This document shows positions 1 through 9,947 of a DNA stretch of 64,000 nucleotides, one piece after another. Below the pieces are notes generated by a model. The model saw only the letters and a list, made by a program, of their open reading frames with translations. It was not told the DNA's origin and did no database searches. Each line of letters starts with the position of its first letter. Positions within the stretch are counted from its first letter, which is position 1. Source of the DNA: Rubripirellula sp. GTDB lineage: Bacteria > Planctomycetota > Planctomycetia > Pirellulales > Pirellulaceae. Where the stretch lies: the NCBI GenBank assembly GCA_965216875.1, contig OZ244207.1:5696001-5760000 (forward strand). Direction: 5' to 3'. Made by a program: the position numbers and the translations under genes.

Positions 1-1
1 C

Positions 2-736
2 GTTGGTGAAGCAACCGAAATCATTCGCCGCGGCGACGCCGACGTGATGCTTGCCGGTGGCACTCACAGCATGATTCATCCCTTTGGCGTGACCGGCTTT
101 AACCTGCTGACAGCACTGAGCGAAAGCAACGACGAACCGACCAAAGCGAGTCGCCCCTTCGACCGATTGCGAGACGGATTCGTCTTGGGTGAAGGCTCGG
201 CGATGGTGATTCTGGAAGAACTTGAAGCAGCCAAAGCACGCGGCGCGACGATCTATGGCGAAATCGCAGGCTACGGTACAACGGCCGATGCGTACCGAAT
301 CACCGACATCCCACCGGACGGACACGGCGGTATCGCAGCGATGCGAATGTCGATTGCCGATGCGGGCTTGAACCCTTCCGACATTCAATACGTCAACGCT
401 CACGGAACCAGCACGACCGTTAACGACAAAGTCGAATCGAAAGCGTGCAAAGAAGTTTTTGGTGACAACGCTACCAATGTTCCCGTCAGCAGTACGAAAA
501 GCATGATGGGACACCTGATCGCAGCCGCCGGCGTGACCGAAATGATCGTCTGTTTGATGGCCATGCGTGACTCCGTCCTGCCACCAACGATTAACTACGA
601 AAACCCCGATCCTGAATGCGATCTCGATTACGTGCCCAACGAAGCGCGTGACGCCGAGATTCAATACGCCCTCAACAACAGCTTTGGGTTCGGTGGACAA
701 AACGTAACGCTTTGTTTGAGCCGCTTTGCTGGGTAG
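2..736 (+). CDS. fabF: beta-ketoacyl-ACP synthase II-like protein (5' truncated by window edge)
   Basis: Frame is open from base 2 (VGEATEIIRRGDADVMLAGG); motifs SRPFD, GEG, NAHGTST, GHLIAAAG, NNSFGFGG. Confidence 0.9.
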   Translation, partial: VGEATEIIRRGDADVMLAGGTHSMIHPFGVTGFNLLTALSESNDEPTKASRPFDRLRDGFVLGEGSAMVILEELEAAKARGATIYGEIAGYGTTADAYRITDIPPDGHGGIAAMRMSIADAGLNPSDIQYVNAHGTSTTVNDKVESKACKEVFGDNATNVPVSSTKSMMGHLIAAAGVTEMIVCLMAMRDSVLPPTINYENPDPECDLDYVPNEARDAEIQYALNNSFGFGGQNVTLCLSRFAG

Positions 737-746
737 ACCCATCGTC

Positions 747-1151
747 ATGAGCGAATTCACCGACGCCGAACTCGCTGCCTTTCTTGATGAAGCTCTTACA
801 CCAGAGCGCTGCGCCGATCTCGAAAACGAGCTGCGCACCAACGACGAACTTCGTAACCGATTGATCGAAGTACGTGGTCGCGAAACCGCCGGGCTCCACA
901 CGATCGGTGCCATTTGGCGACGCTCACGTTTGTCCTGTCCGAGCCGCGAAGAGCTCGGCCAATACTTGCTTGGCACTCTCGAAAAAGAACCGCACCAATA
1001 CATCCAATTTCACCTCGAAGAAATCGGGTGCAGGTATTGCCAGGCCAACTTGGCCGACTTGCAAGCCGCGTCCCAATCAGACGACCAACCTGCAAAGCGA
1101 CGTCGACGCTATTTTCAAACCAGCGCTGGCTATCTCAACAAAGACGAGTAA
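747..1151 (+). CDS. hypothetical protein with anti-sigma-like zinc-finger motif
   Basis: ATG 10 bp after the fabF stop; CPSREELGQYL...HLEEIGCRYC resembles zf-HC2 (Hx3-4CxxC). Confidence 0.7.
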   Translation: MSEFTDAELAAFLDEALTPERCADLENELRTNDELRNRLIEVRGRETAGLHTIGAIWRRSRLSCPSREELGQYLLGTLEKEPHQYIQFHLEEIGCRYCQANLADLQAASQSDDQPAKRRRRYFQTSAGYLNKDE

Positions 1152-1165
1152 TCTTCGCTTGAAGA

Positions 1166-1465
1166 TCACGCCGCACGGTACAACATCGACTCCAGTCGAT
1201 CGAGCGTGGTCACCATCTCATTCCACTGCGACATCACATCAAGTGTTGGCAGAGTCACGGCGTCGTCGCGATCGTAACCTTGCTCACTCACTCGAATGGT
1301 TCGTGACAAGACGGTTTCGTCCGCAGACGCTTCTGATTCGCAGTCATCTTCCATTGGCAGGACTTGTTGCATCGTGCGATGCACTGCCCAAACTGCCGCC
1401 TTTTGCGTCGACTCCGCTTGAACGATGCTGCGGAAGGTTCCCGATTGAACGTAGAATTTGGCCAT
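1166..1465 (-). CDS. hypothetical protein (99 aa, MAKFYVQSG...)
   Basis: AAAGGAA Shine-Dalgarno just upstream of ATG at 1465; protein-like composition; fills the gap between neighbours. Confidence 0.7.
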   Translation of the reverse strand: MAKFYVQSGTFRSIVQAESTQKAAVWAVHRTMQQVLPMEDDCESEASADETVLSRTIRVSEQGYDRDDAVTLPTLDVMSQWNEMVTTLDRLESMLYRAA

Positions 1466-1624
1466 GATGATTCCTTTCGTTTTTGCAGTGGTTGGTGAGG
1501 TTGCTCTTGCGATAGTCTTCGTATCGCAGGTGCCTGGACACGTTAGGTCCCACGCTGCAGAAATTGCCAAAAACACGCAGAATCCAATCCGCATTCCATC
1601 CTGAGATCCGTCACGGGCCACTTC

Positions 1625-2959
1625 ATGAAACTGATTCACCACGGCGCACATGAAGGGGTCACCGGTTCCTGTCATCAGTTGCGATGGGACAAAGAACACA
1701 GCTTGCTGGTCGATTGCGGGACGTTCCAAGGCGATGATGCTCGCCGAAATCCCAACCCTGAGATCAACTTTTCGCTCTCTGGCATCGAGTGCCTGTTGTT
1801 GACCCACGTGCACATCGATCACGCTGGTCGTATCCCCTATCTGCTTGCGGCCGGATTCGACAAACCGATCTATTGCAGCTATCCGACCGCGCGATTGCTT
1901 CCGCTGGTCATGGAAGACGCTTTGAAGATTGGCTTCACGCGGTCACGCCGACTGATTGAAAAGTTTCTCAAGCGGATCGGCAAACTGCTACGCCCGATCG
2001 AATATGGCACGTGGCATTCCATCGCCGACGGCGTCAAGATTCGATTGCAGACGGCGGGCCACGTTCTTGGATCGACCGTGTTTGAAGTGGAACTGCCTGA
2101 CGGAAAACGGGTCGTCTTCTCGGGTGACATCGGATCGGGCAACAACCCGTTGCTAAACAAACCGACCAGCCCGACACGTGCCGACTTGCTGGTTCTCGAA
2201 AGCACCTACGGCGATCGTTTCCATCAAACGCACCAGGACCGCCGCGACACGCTTGAACGAGTCCTTCGCAAAACGCTCGAAGACAAAGGCGTGACGATCA
2301 TTCCCGCGTTCAGCCTCGGACGTACTCAAGCACTCTTGTACGAGATGAACGGGATCTTTGAACGCGTTCAACAGACCGACGGGCGATCGCTCATGAAGCA
2401 GGTTGATGTCATCGTCGACTCGCCGTTGGCTTCAAGATTCACACAGCTCTACAAAGAACTGCAAGACTACTGGGGACTCGAGGCGCAGCATGCGGTAAGC
2501 ATGCAAGACCAGCCACTTGTCTTCGAAAACCTCACCACCGTCGGTGGCCACCGCGAACATCGAGACACATTGGATTACATCGATCGGCATCAGCTTCCGG
2601 CAATCGTGATCGCAGGAAGTGGCATGTGCACCGGTGGTCGCGTGGTCAACTATCTAAAACGGTTCATCGAAGATCCCAAAGCTGACATTGTGTTTGTTGG
2701 CTATCAGGCGGGCGGAACGCCGGGTCACTTCATCAGTCGTGGCAGCGATTGGGTCCGTTTGGACGGGCGCAAATACAACATTGCCGCAGACATTCATCGC
2801 ATCCATGGCTACTCAGCCCACGGCGACCAAGCCGACCTGATCGAATTCGCCGAATCGATGGAAAAGCCTCCCGGCGAAATCCGACTCGTCCACGGTGAAT
2901 ACCAGCCGAAACAAACCCTTGCCGAAAAGCTGACCGAGCGTGGCCACCGCGTCATCTGA
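1625..2959 (+). CDS. MBL-fold metallo-hydrolase, beta-CASP RNA-specificity family
   Basis: GVTGSCH, VDCG, THVHIDHAG, AGHVLGS, FSGD, ESTYG, SGMCTGG, YSAH, LVHGE motifs. Confidence 0.92.
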   Translation: MKLIHHGAHEGVTGSCHQLRWDKEHSLLVDCGTFQGDDARRNPNPEINFSLSGIECLLLTHVHIDHAGRIPYLLAAGFDKPIYCSYPTARLLPLVMEDALKIGFTRSRRLIEKFLKRIGKLLRPIEYGTWHSIADGVKIRLQTAGHVLGSTVFEVELPDGKRVVFSGDIGSGNNPLLNKPTSPTRADLLVLESTYGDRFHQTHQDRRDTLERVLRKTLEDKGVTIIPAFSLGRTQALLYEMNGIFERVQQTDGRSLMKQVDVIVDSPLASRFTQLYKELQDYWGLEAQHAVSMQDQPLVFENLTTVGGHREHRDTLDYIDRHQLPAIVIAGSGMCTGGRVVNYLKRFIEDPKADIVFVGYQAGGTPGHFISRGSDWVRLDGRKYNIAADIHRIHGYSAHGDQADLIEFAESMEKPPGEIRLVHGEYQPKQTLAEKLTERGHRVI

Positions 2960-3078
2960 CCAGACACTCGCCTGACGTCGTAACCTCGCTCCGCGTAGTC
3001 ATGCCGTTTGTAGTCCAGCCTTTAAGCGGTTGATGAGCCGAACGCGTGGTCTCGCACTCTTCGCACACCGCGCTCCCC

Positions 3079-3118
3079 GTAGGCCGGATCAAGGAGCGAC
3101 AGCGACGCGGATCCGGCA
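3079..3118 (+). repeat. REP element family A (GTAGGCCGGATC...GATCCGGCA)
   Basis: GTAG foot plus GCCGGATC/GATCCGGC stem; near-identical copies at 27967-28006 (-) and 34835-34874 (+). Confidence 0.85.
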
Positions 3119-3212
3119 TGTCGCCTGACCATCCGCGCAACGTCGGATCTGACCAGACGCTCGCCGAGTCGCTATAGTCCAGCAATCGAATATCGATCGA
3201 ATATGGGAGCGA

Positions 3213-4475
3213 TTGCGGGTGGCGGAAAGCGAACAACTAGATGTAGTGATCGTTGGGGCGGGACTTGCCGGCTTATCATGCGCCATCGCCCTGAGCAAAG
3301 CCGGAAAGTCGGTAGCGATTCTCGAGGCATCCGACCGTGTGGGAGGCCGTGTGCGCAGCGATGTCGTGGACGGCTTTACGCTCGATCATGGTTTTCAAGT
3401 CCTGCTCACGGCCTACCCGGCTTGCGAAGAATTGCTCGACTACGATTCCCTTCGCCTGCGGCCATTCGCACCGGGCGCACTCGTTCGAAAAAACGGGGCC
3501 TTTGCTGTGCTCGCCGACCCGTGGCGATCACCTAGTCAGACCTTTGCCACTGCATTCAACTCGGTTGGCACATGGAAAGACAAACTGCTTGTCGCCAAAC
3601 TTCGCAGCGCCGTCCAATCTGGCAGTCTCGATAGCCTCTATCAAAACGAATCTACAACCACAAAGGAATTCCTCGCCCAGTTTGGTTTCTCGGAGCCCTT
3701 TGTCGAGCAGTTTTTCCGACCCTTCATCGGCGGCGTCTATCTTGATGAATCACTTGAAACATCGAGCCGAATGCTGAAATTCGTTTTTCGCATGTTCTCG
3801 GCCGGCGATGTGGCGGTTCCAGCCGAAGGAATGGGAGCGATACCGAGGCAATTGGCGGAACGTTTGCCGCGGGGAACCATCCGGTTGCAGTCGTCTGTGA
3901 CATCGATCGACGGCAACAGACTAACGCTTGCCGACGGCACGACCCTGGCGGCCAACTCGATTGTGATCGCAACCGAAAGTGGCACTGCGGCCCGGTTGTT
4001 GAAGCAAGAATCGATCGCGACCGAATGGAATCGAGCGACAACCTTTTACTACGCCGCCGACAGCGCGCCCGATGCCCGCAAGATGTTGGTACTTCGTGGT
4101 GACGAATCGGGGATCATTCAGACGGCAACCATCCTCAGCAACGTCGCACCCGAATATGCACCCACCGGCAAAGCACTTGTCTCGGTCAGCGTCTCCGGTC
4201 AAGCCGAGGTCGATATCGACGAAGCAGACAACCAGATCCGTGGCCAATTGAAATCCTGGTACGGTGATGCCGTCACGAGCTGGAAACGCCTGCGTGTCTA
4301 TGACATCCCCTTCGGTGTTCCCAATCGCGATCTTGAGCCAGTGATGTTGCCCATCGACGGACGATCAGTTGGATCCGACGCAAACACCTATCTGTGCGGC
4401 GACCATAGAGAAACGCCCAGCATTCAAGGCGCAATGAACAGTGGCCTTCGCGTAGCCAACGCGATTCTGCGCTAG
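3213..4475 (+). CDS. FAD-dependent oxidoreductase (amine oxidase/protoporphyrinogen oxidase-like)
   Basis: VVIVGAGLAGL, EASDRVGGR, LDHGFQ, CGD...IQGAMNSG; start uncertain (TTG 3213 or GTG 3219). Confidence 0.88.
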   Translation: MRVAESEQLDVVIVGAGLAGLSCAIALSKAGKSVAILEASDRVGGRVRSDVVDGFTLDHGFQVLLTAYPACEELLDYDSLRLRPFAPGALVRKNGAFAVLADPWRSPSQTFATAFNSVGTWKDKLLVAKLRSAVQSGSLDSLYQNESTTTKEFLAQFGFSEPFVEQFFRPFIGGVYLDESLETSSRMLKFVFRMFSAGDVAVPAEGMGAIPRQLAERLPRGTIRLQSSVTSIDGNRLTLADGTTLAANSIVIATESGTAARLLKQESIATEWNRATTFYYAADSAPDARKMLVLRGDESGIIQTATILSNVAPEYAPTGKALVSVSVSGQAEVDIDEADNQIRGQLKSWYGDAVTSWKRLRVYDIPFGVPNRDLEPVMLPIDGRSVGSDANTYLCGDHRETPSIQGAMNSGLRVANAILR

Positions 4476-5725
4476 TTGAAACTGCTGCCAAAGTTGTAGA
4501 CACCTGTGACGGGCACGACCCCGTAGACGCCATCAGTAAAGACTTGGCGAACAAAGTTGTTGAACAACTTGATCGGCGCACTTGGCAGGACAATGACATC
4601 ACCGTCGCGTATCCAAATCTCGTCGCACGGCTGAGCCTCACGTCCCAAGATCGCGCCTCGTACATCGAGCAACGTCGAGATCAACTCGAAGTTGTCACCA
4701 CGTCGAAAGACAACCACCTGGCGTAAGTTCGCGCCCACAACGTGGCCTCCGCCCATGGCGATCGCCCCCAGCACCGTTGTGGGAGTGTCCATGTCGTAGC
4801 GGCCAGGTTGCTTGACCTCGCCGAGAATATAGAAATGGTGCGGTGCTTCTTCGGCAAGCGAAGGTTCGACTTCCAGACCGCCCACGATTTCGTCGTATCG
4901 CAGATTGATCTCTTGCTTCAGTTCTTCGAGCGTCAGGCCCTGTGCTTGCACGCTACCGATTCGCGGCAGACGAATCTCGCCCGAGGGCGTGACGCGTTGG
5001 TCGGTCTGCTGGGGATCAAAGCCACCAACACCGCTGATGGCCTCGCGAATCTGGCGAGCAGCCGTTCCCGTGTTGACCGGCGTCACATCAATCGCCGGTT
5101 CAGGATAGAACTGTTTGTAGCGTCGTTCGAGCACTTCGCGTAATTGCTGGATTGTCTGGCCTGCGGCGTGAACTTGACCAATCAAACGCAATGTGATCGT
5201 TCCGTCGGGTTGAATCTTGAGCCCCTTCTCGAGCGTCCCCCGTGTCAGTTGCTCGTCGGCTTCCGATTCGATCAGCAATTCGTCTCCAACAACAAGACGA
5301 TAGCTGCCTTCCGTTTTCAAAGCGGTCAACAAAAAGGTGAGTTCGATCGTATCGCCGGTCCGCAATCGATATTCGGGAACGCGAAACGTTCGAGAGGGCC
5401 CTGCGTATTCGCCAGGCCCAAGCTGATCGAATGGCGAGTGATAGGGACACTGCCAGCATTGACAATCGTGGGGATGGTCAATCGGCCCAATACCGAGTTT
5501 CATCCCCGTGCCGCCAATCAAACCATCCCCGCTACGATTGACGCAGGTTCGATGATGCGCAAACGAATGCCCGTCTTGAACGTACGTCGGCGCGTTTTGC
5601 TGGACAACCGTTTCGCTGGTTTGAAAGGCGACGACAGGTTCGTCGCCGCGCGTTTGTTGCGACATCGTGAACGCGGCGACCAACAGCGCGAGTGTTCGAG
5701 TCCGATTGCGAAGACTTTCCAACAT
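4472..5725 (-). CDS. polysaccharide export protein, Wza/OPX family
   Basis: Signal peptide; two Poly_export-like segments (IQPDGTITLRLIGQVHAAGQT; VTPSGEIRLPRIGSVQAQGLT); SLBB (ILGEVKQPGRY...AIAMGGG); IRDGDVIVLP. Confidence 0.85.
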   Translation of the reverse strand: MLESLRNRTRTLALLVAAFTMSQQTRGDEPVVAFQTSETVVQQNAPTYVQDGHSFAHHRTCVNRSGDGLIGGTGMKLGIGPIDHPHDCQCWQCPYHSPFDQLGPGEYAGPSRTFRVPEYRLRTGDTIELTFLLTALKTEGSYRLVVGDELLIESEADEQLTRGTLEKGLKIQPDGTITLRLIGQVHAAGQTIQQLREVLERRYKQFYPEPAIDVTPVNTGTAARQIREAISGVGGFDPQQTDQRVTPSGEIRLPRIGSVQAQGLTLEELKQEINLRYDEIVGGLEVEPSLAEEAPHHFYILGEVKQPGRYDMDTPTTVLGAIAMGGGHVVGANLRQVVVFRRGDNFELISTLLDVRGAILGREAQPCDEIWIRDGDVIVLPSAPIKLFNNFVRQVFTDGVYGVVPVTGVYNFGSSFN

Positions 5726-5782
5726 GATGGTACGATGTGCTTTTTGAGGGGGTGATCGATAGGTTGTCCGTTTGGCGCAGCG

Positions 5783-5830
5783 TTGGCTACCGCCCGAATG
5801 AAAGCCTTGGCTACCGCCCGAACGAAAGCC
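5783..5830. repeat. 24-bp tandem duplication spanning the stop codon of the TPR gene
   Basis: ttggctaccgcccgaaYgaaagcc x2 (5783-5806, 5807-5830). Confidence 0.9.
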
Positions 5831-7853
5831 ATGACTTCGCTTTGCTGATCAGCGCGTTGGGTTTCTTTTTTAGCTTCTGCTTTTCGGTGACTGGAAGCCT
5901 GGTTTGTTTCGGCTGGATCGCAGGTTTGTGAACCTTTGTGGGTTGATGCGTTTTCGCGAACTGCTCGGGCGCCATTTGGTTGACCGGAATCACCGATTCC
6001 TGCTTGAGCTTTGCCAAAGCCTCAACGCATGACTTGGCGCCTTCGATGTCGTCGATTCGCAACGAGGCATCGAGCAACTGATGATAGGCGCGAGGCGTTG
6101 GCCGAACGGTGACACTCTGCTTAAGCATCTTGATCGCCGACTCAATCAGGCCCTGATTGAGGAGCGAGCTGCCGAGTTCTTGCAGTGCGGTCGCGTTGTC
6201 CGGAGCAACTTCCACTGCAGCTCGGTGCAGCGTCAATGCGACAGCGGCGGCGTGTGCATCCGAGTCGCCTGCGATTTTTTGCTCGACCTTGCCAAGCATC
6301 ACCAAAGCGTCGCTCGCTTCGCGGCTTCCGCCCGATGCGATGACAAGGTCTTTGCGAGCCTGCGCGAGGTAAAGTTCGGTCGCTCTCAGCGGTGCGAGCT
6401 TGCTAAGGTCGACGCCTTGCAACGCATCCGTTTCGTGGACAGCGACCATCCGTTTAAGTGCGGCGTTATTCACTGGCCCGAATCGTCCAGCAAAGTCCTC
6501 CGACTCACGAATCGCATTCAGAGCGGCATCAAGTTTTTGGCCGTGAACGGAGGAACTCGAGAGGGCATCGTGCATTGCGACGATACCGCGAAGCGATTGC
6601 AACGTCATTTTGCGAGCCGAATGATAGGCGCCTCGCTGGTACCGTTGGTGGGCACTATACAGCGATTGCCTCGCGAGTTCGCGTTGTCGTGTCGCGTGAA
6701 TCGTCGCCGTGACCACATCACCAGGCTCCGTCGTCGAACCTGCCGCGGGTAGGGCGTGTCGCGTCGGCTTTGGCTTCGAAACCGGCTGAGCCTTGACCCT
6801 GTTTGCGAGTGGCAGCTCCATCGTGACCGGTTCCCGCTTGTTGACGGCTGCGGGCTTGCTTGCGAATTCGGGCATCACCAACGTCGACGTTGGTCGGCTG
6901 GTCGCGATGTCGACGTTTGGATCGGCCGCATACGTTGGAACATGACTTTGCTTGGGTGCCAGCGTTTTCTCTTGCAACGTCGGGCCAGCTTGATCGCCAG
7001 CGACGTCCTCGATCATCCCCAGATCTGCCGCAAGTGCACCACCGATGGCCTTCGGAATTCTCGGCTGTGGTGTAGCGGTGACAGGTTTCACATCGTCAAG
7101 CGGTCGGATGTCGCCTCGCTGTTGGAGCGTCAAGCGTTGCACCTTCGGCGCTGCTGACGGCGCAGCCACTTCGCTGGCGTCGTTCGACTCAAGCCATCGC
7201 CGAGACTTTTCCCAGGAGGCGTGGGTATCCTGAGCGGCACGCGTAGGCCGATCCACATTCCGCTTCATGACGTCCGCGAAGCTGTCTTCGGCGGAAACAT
7301 CGACGTTCCCGACGGCCGAAGGCAAGCGAGCAGGTTGGCTCGGCTGGTCGACGACCAACACGCGAGGAAGGCGTTTGATCGTCGTGATCTCTCGCGACGG
7401 GGTTTGCTCGATGCCTCGCGACGGTTTTTGCTCAATGTCTCGCGACGTTTTTTGCTCGATTTCTCGCGACGGGGTCTGTTCCGGTTCCGCTGCTTGGACC
7501 TTTGGAGACTCGACCACTTGAGCGTCGTCGATCGGGACGATCTCTTGAGACTCAATCACGATCGGCTCGGGAACGATCACCTCGGGCACGGCTTTTAAGA
7601 TCGAGGGTTGATCATCATGTGGCGTCAGAACGCGGACCGACCGCTTGGGAGCTAATTTGCGGTGCAGTGGTTGCAATTCGGACCGCTGCCAACCTTGCGA
7701 CAGCATCGATCGCATTGGACTCGCGTTGACTTCAACATCCTTGTCATCAGCATCCAACGCGACTTGGCCAGCACAGACAATCGTTGCGGCAAGTGCGAGG
7801 CGTTTGGCCAACCGCGGGCGACGGCGAGACTCTTCCATGAGACAGCTTTGCAT
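5811..7853 (-). CDS. secreted protein with Pro/Ala-rich disordered N-half and C-terminal TPR-like helices
   Basis: Signal-like RLALAATIVCAGQVALDA; TPR-like AVEVAPDNATALQELGSSLLNQGLIESAIKMLKQSVTVRP; directly upstream of and co-oriented with the OPX gene. Confidence 0.75.
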   Translation of the reverse strand: MQSCLMEESRRRPRLAKRLALAATIVCAGQVALDADDKDVEVNASPMRSMLSQGWQRSELQPLHRKLAPKRSVRVLTPHDDQPSILKAVPEVIVPEPIVIESQEIVPIDDAQVVESPKVQAAEPEQTPSREIEQKTSRDIEQKPSRGIEQTPSREITTIKRLPRVLVVDQPSQPARLPSAVGNVDVSAEDSFADVMKRNVDRPTRAAQDTHASWEKSRRWLESNDASEVAAPSAAPKVQRLTLQQRGDIRPLDDVKPVTATPQPRIPKAIGGALAADLGMIEDVAGDQAGPTLQEKTLAPKQSHVPTYAADPNVDIATSRPTSTLVMPEFASKPAAVNKREPVTMELPLANRVKAQPVSKPKPTRHALPAAGSTTEPGDVVTATIHATRQRELARQSLYSAHQRYQRGAYHSARKMTLQSLRGIVAMHDALSSSSVHGQKLDAALNAIRESEDFAGRFGPVNNAALKRMVAVHETDALQGVDLSKLAPLRATELYLAQARKDLVIASGGSREASDALVMLGKVEQKIAGDSDAHAAAVALTLHRAAVEVAPDNATALQELGSSLLNQGLIESAIKMLKQSVTVRPTPRAYHQLLDASLRIDDIEGAKSCVEALAKLKQESVIPVNQMAPEQFAKTHQPTKVHKPAIQPKQTRLPVTEKQKLKKKPNALISKAKSWLSFGR
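7387..7480 (-). repeat. intragenic 24-bp tandem repeat, about 4 copies (QTPSREIE-like octapeptide)
   Basis: ctcgcgacg recurs at 7391, 7415, 7439 and 7463. Confidence 0.85.
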
Positions 7854-8285
7854 CGAGAAGGAATGGCGCGCCGCGTCCAGCAGCGCGCAACCTGAAATAT
7901 CCTGTCTCTTCGGATCGACGATCCCCGCGCACCAAGCTCACTGATTCAGATCGGATCGCGGTCGCATCGCGCAGACCGAAGATCAAAAGTGAAAAGACCG
8001 GCGAGGTTCCCGCAGCGATTACATTCCCGACCAGCGGGGTGACGGGCACAATCGCTACAGGCCGCAACCGGCGCGCTGCGAGTGTTTCACGGATCGTCTC
8101 GATCGAACTTTGACAATTAAATGGATCATCAGGGCGGTTTGAATCACCCCCCAGTGGTGAAACGACCGGTTTTGGTTGATCGCCAAAGGCGGGTGCATAG
8201 CGGCAACCTACAGTTCTGCGGAGGAATCTGCGTCCTCTCCCCACCACCGTTCCGTTGGTTGACTGCCAACAACAAGAACTGCTTC

Positions 8286-9947
8286 ATGAGCCAATCGCAG
8301 CCATCACCCGATTTTCCATCAATCGACGCCTCAACCGGGGCGTTTGAGCCGATGGCAATGTCGAGCAGCGACCCGGTGCTGGGCTACCCCGCAACCGAAC
8401 CGGCATCGATTGATCTCGGCCCCATCCCAAGCGGCGTGGGCGCGAAGCCATCAGCAAAATCAAAACCGGCCGAAACAAAGCCAAGCCGCAGCGGATCGAA
8501 GGCACCACCGATTCGTAAACCCGAAAAGCGATCGGGACCTCCACTTCCCAAGCGTCCGAAGGGTCGTCTCTTCATCGGCACCGTCTTCCTGGCAGTGATC
8601 GGATCGATCGGCTTTACGCTGTTTGATTCATTGCTTCGCTACACCGCATACGGCGAGGTAACGGGCCGCCGCTTAGAACTGGCTGTGCCTTGGCCCGGTG
8701 TCATCCAATCGATTCACGTTCGCGAAGGCGACCATGTTGAATTCGGTCAAGTGATCGCCACGATCGACAACTTTGAACTCAAGCAAAAGATCGAAGAGAT
8801 CGACGATTCACTTCGACTACAACGTGCACAGCTTTCGAGCGAGTTGGCGATGTTGCGTTGGGAGGCCGAAAAGATTCGTGACCTTCATAAACTGGCGCAA
8901 AGCGAGTTCTATGACAAATGGAGCGAATTGCTTTGGGAACAATCGCGATTGGCCGATTTACAAACCCAACTCAAACGGATCGAACCGATCTTACGCGAGG
9001 GTGCGGCCAGCAAAGAGCAGTACGATTCCCTTCAATTCCAAGTCGCTGGCCAAGAAAAACGCGTCGAACAACTGATCGAGGCGGTTCGAGCACTGAAGAA
9101 GCGAACCGATCAGTCGCCCGTCGAACTCGACATGGAAGACCGTATCCAACCGACACTGGCTCGAATCGAAAACCTGCAAGCCGAACTGCAGCGAACGCGA
9201 GACATGATCCAGCAGGGCGATATCCGAGCACCAGCTGGCGGTCGCGTTGTGCGAACTCACCGATTCGCGGGTGAATACGCCGAACCCACCACACCGGTTG
9301 TCGAACTGCTCGTCGACGGGTCAACCGAACTCGTCCTTTACTTGCCTCAATCGCGAGCTGAAGAGTTTCCGATCGGGCGAAGCGTGACGGTGAACGTCAA
9401 TCCAGCGAACACGAACGTTGCTTGCCAAGTTCACCGTGTCGCATTGGAAATGAAAAAGGCTCCCGAAAGCCTGGCTCGCTTTTACCAGAACGATGAAACC
9501 TTGTTGCCGGTCTACCTGCGCGTGACCGATTGGGGATCGACCGAAGGGGAACTGACCCTCGGCAGCCAACTTCGTTTGCCCCGCGCCGACAACGTGTCGG
9601 TGATTGCCAAACTGAAACGCTGGTGGACAGAAACCGCGCTGCCAAGTTTCACATCCGTTGATCACGCCTCCCAGGTGTTAGAACCGGAACCTTCGGTGCA
9701 AACCGTTTCCGAGCAAGAACCTGAGCACCATCCAGCCGATACTGAACAAAGCGAAATCGATGGGCGCACTGCTGGATGGATTCGAGAGTTTCAGAAAGCC
9801 GAACAACGGCGTATGAACCCCGCCCGCCAAGCTCGTGCCATGCCCGTGACCACTTGCGTCTTATCAGCGCCCGTGATTTGTTCGACGGTTGAATATGAAT
9901 CCATCTCCCAACGGAAATCTGAATCCGGAACTGTCTCCGCCAATTGA
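8286..9947 (+). CDS. HlyD-family periplasmic adaptor (membrane fusion) protein
   Basis: Single TM (LFIGTVFLAVIGSIGFTLF); lipoyl halves PWPGVIQSIHVREGDHV and IRAPAGGRV flanking a long coiled coil. Confidence 0.85.
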   Translation: MSQSQPSPDFPSIDASTGAFEPMAMSSSDPVLGYPATEPASIDLGPIPSGVGAKPSAKSKPAETKPSRSGSKAPPIRKPEKRSGPPLPKRPKGRLFIGTVFLAVIGSIGFTLFDSLLRYTAYGEVTGRRLELAVPWPGVIQSIHVREGDHVEFGQVIATIDNFELKQKIEEIDDSLRLQRAQLSSELAMLRWEAEKIRDLHKLAQSEFYDKWSELLWEQSRLADLQTQLKRIEPILREGAASKEQYDSLQFQVAGQEKRVEQLIEAVRALKKRTDQSPVELDMEDRIQPTLARIENLQAELQRTRDMIQQGDIRAPAGGRVVRTHRFAGEYAEPTTPVVELLVDGSTELVLYLPQSRAEEFPIGRSVTVNVNPANTNVACQVHRVALEMKKAPESLARFYQNDETLLPVYLRVTDWGSTEGELTLGSQLRLPRADNVSVIAKLKRWWTETALPSFTSVDHASQVLEPEPSVQTVSEQEPEHHPADTEQSEIDGRTAGWIREFQKAEQRRMNPARQARAMPVTTCVLSAPVICSTVEYESISQRKSESGTVSAN

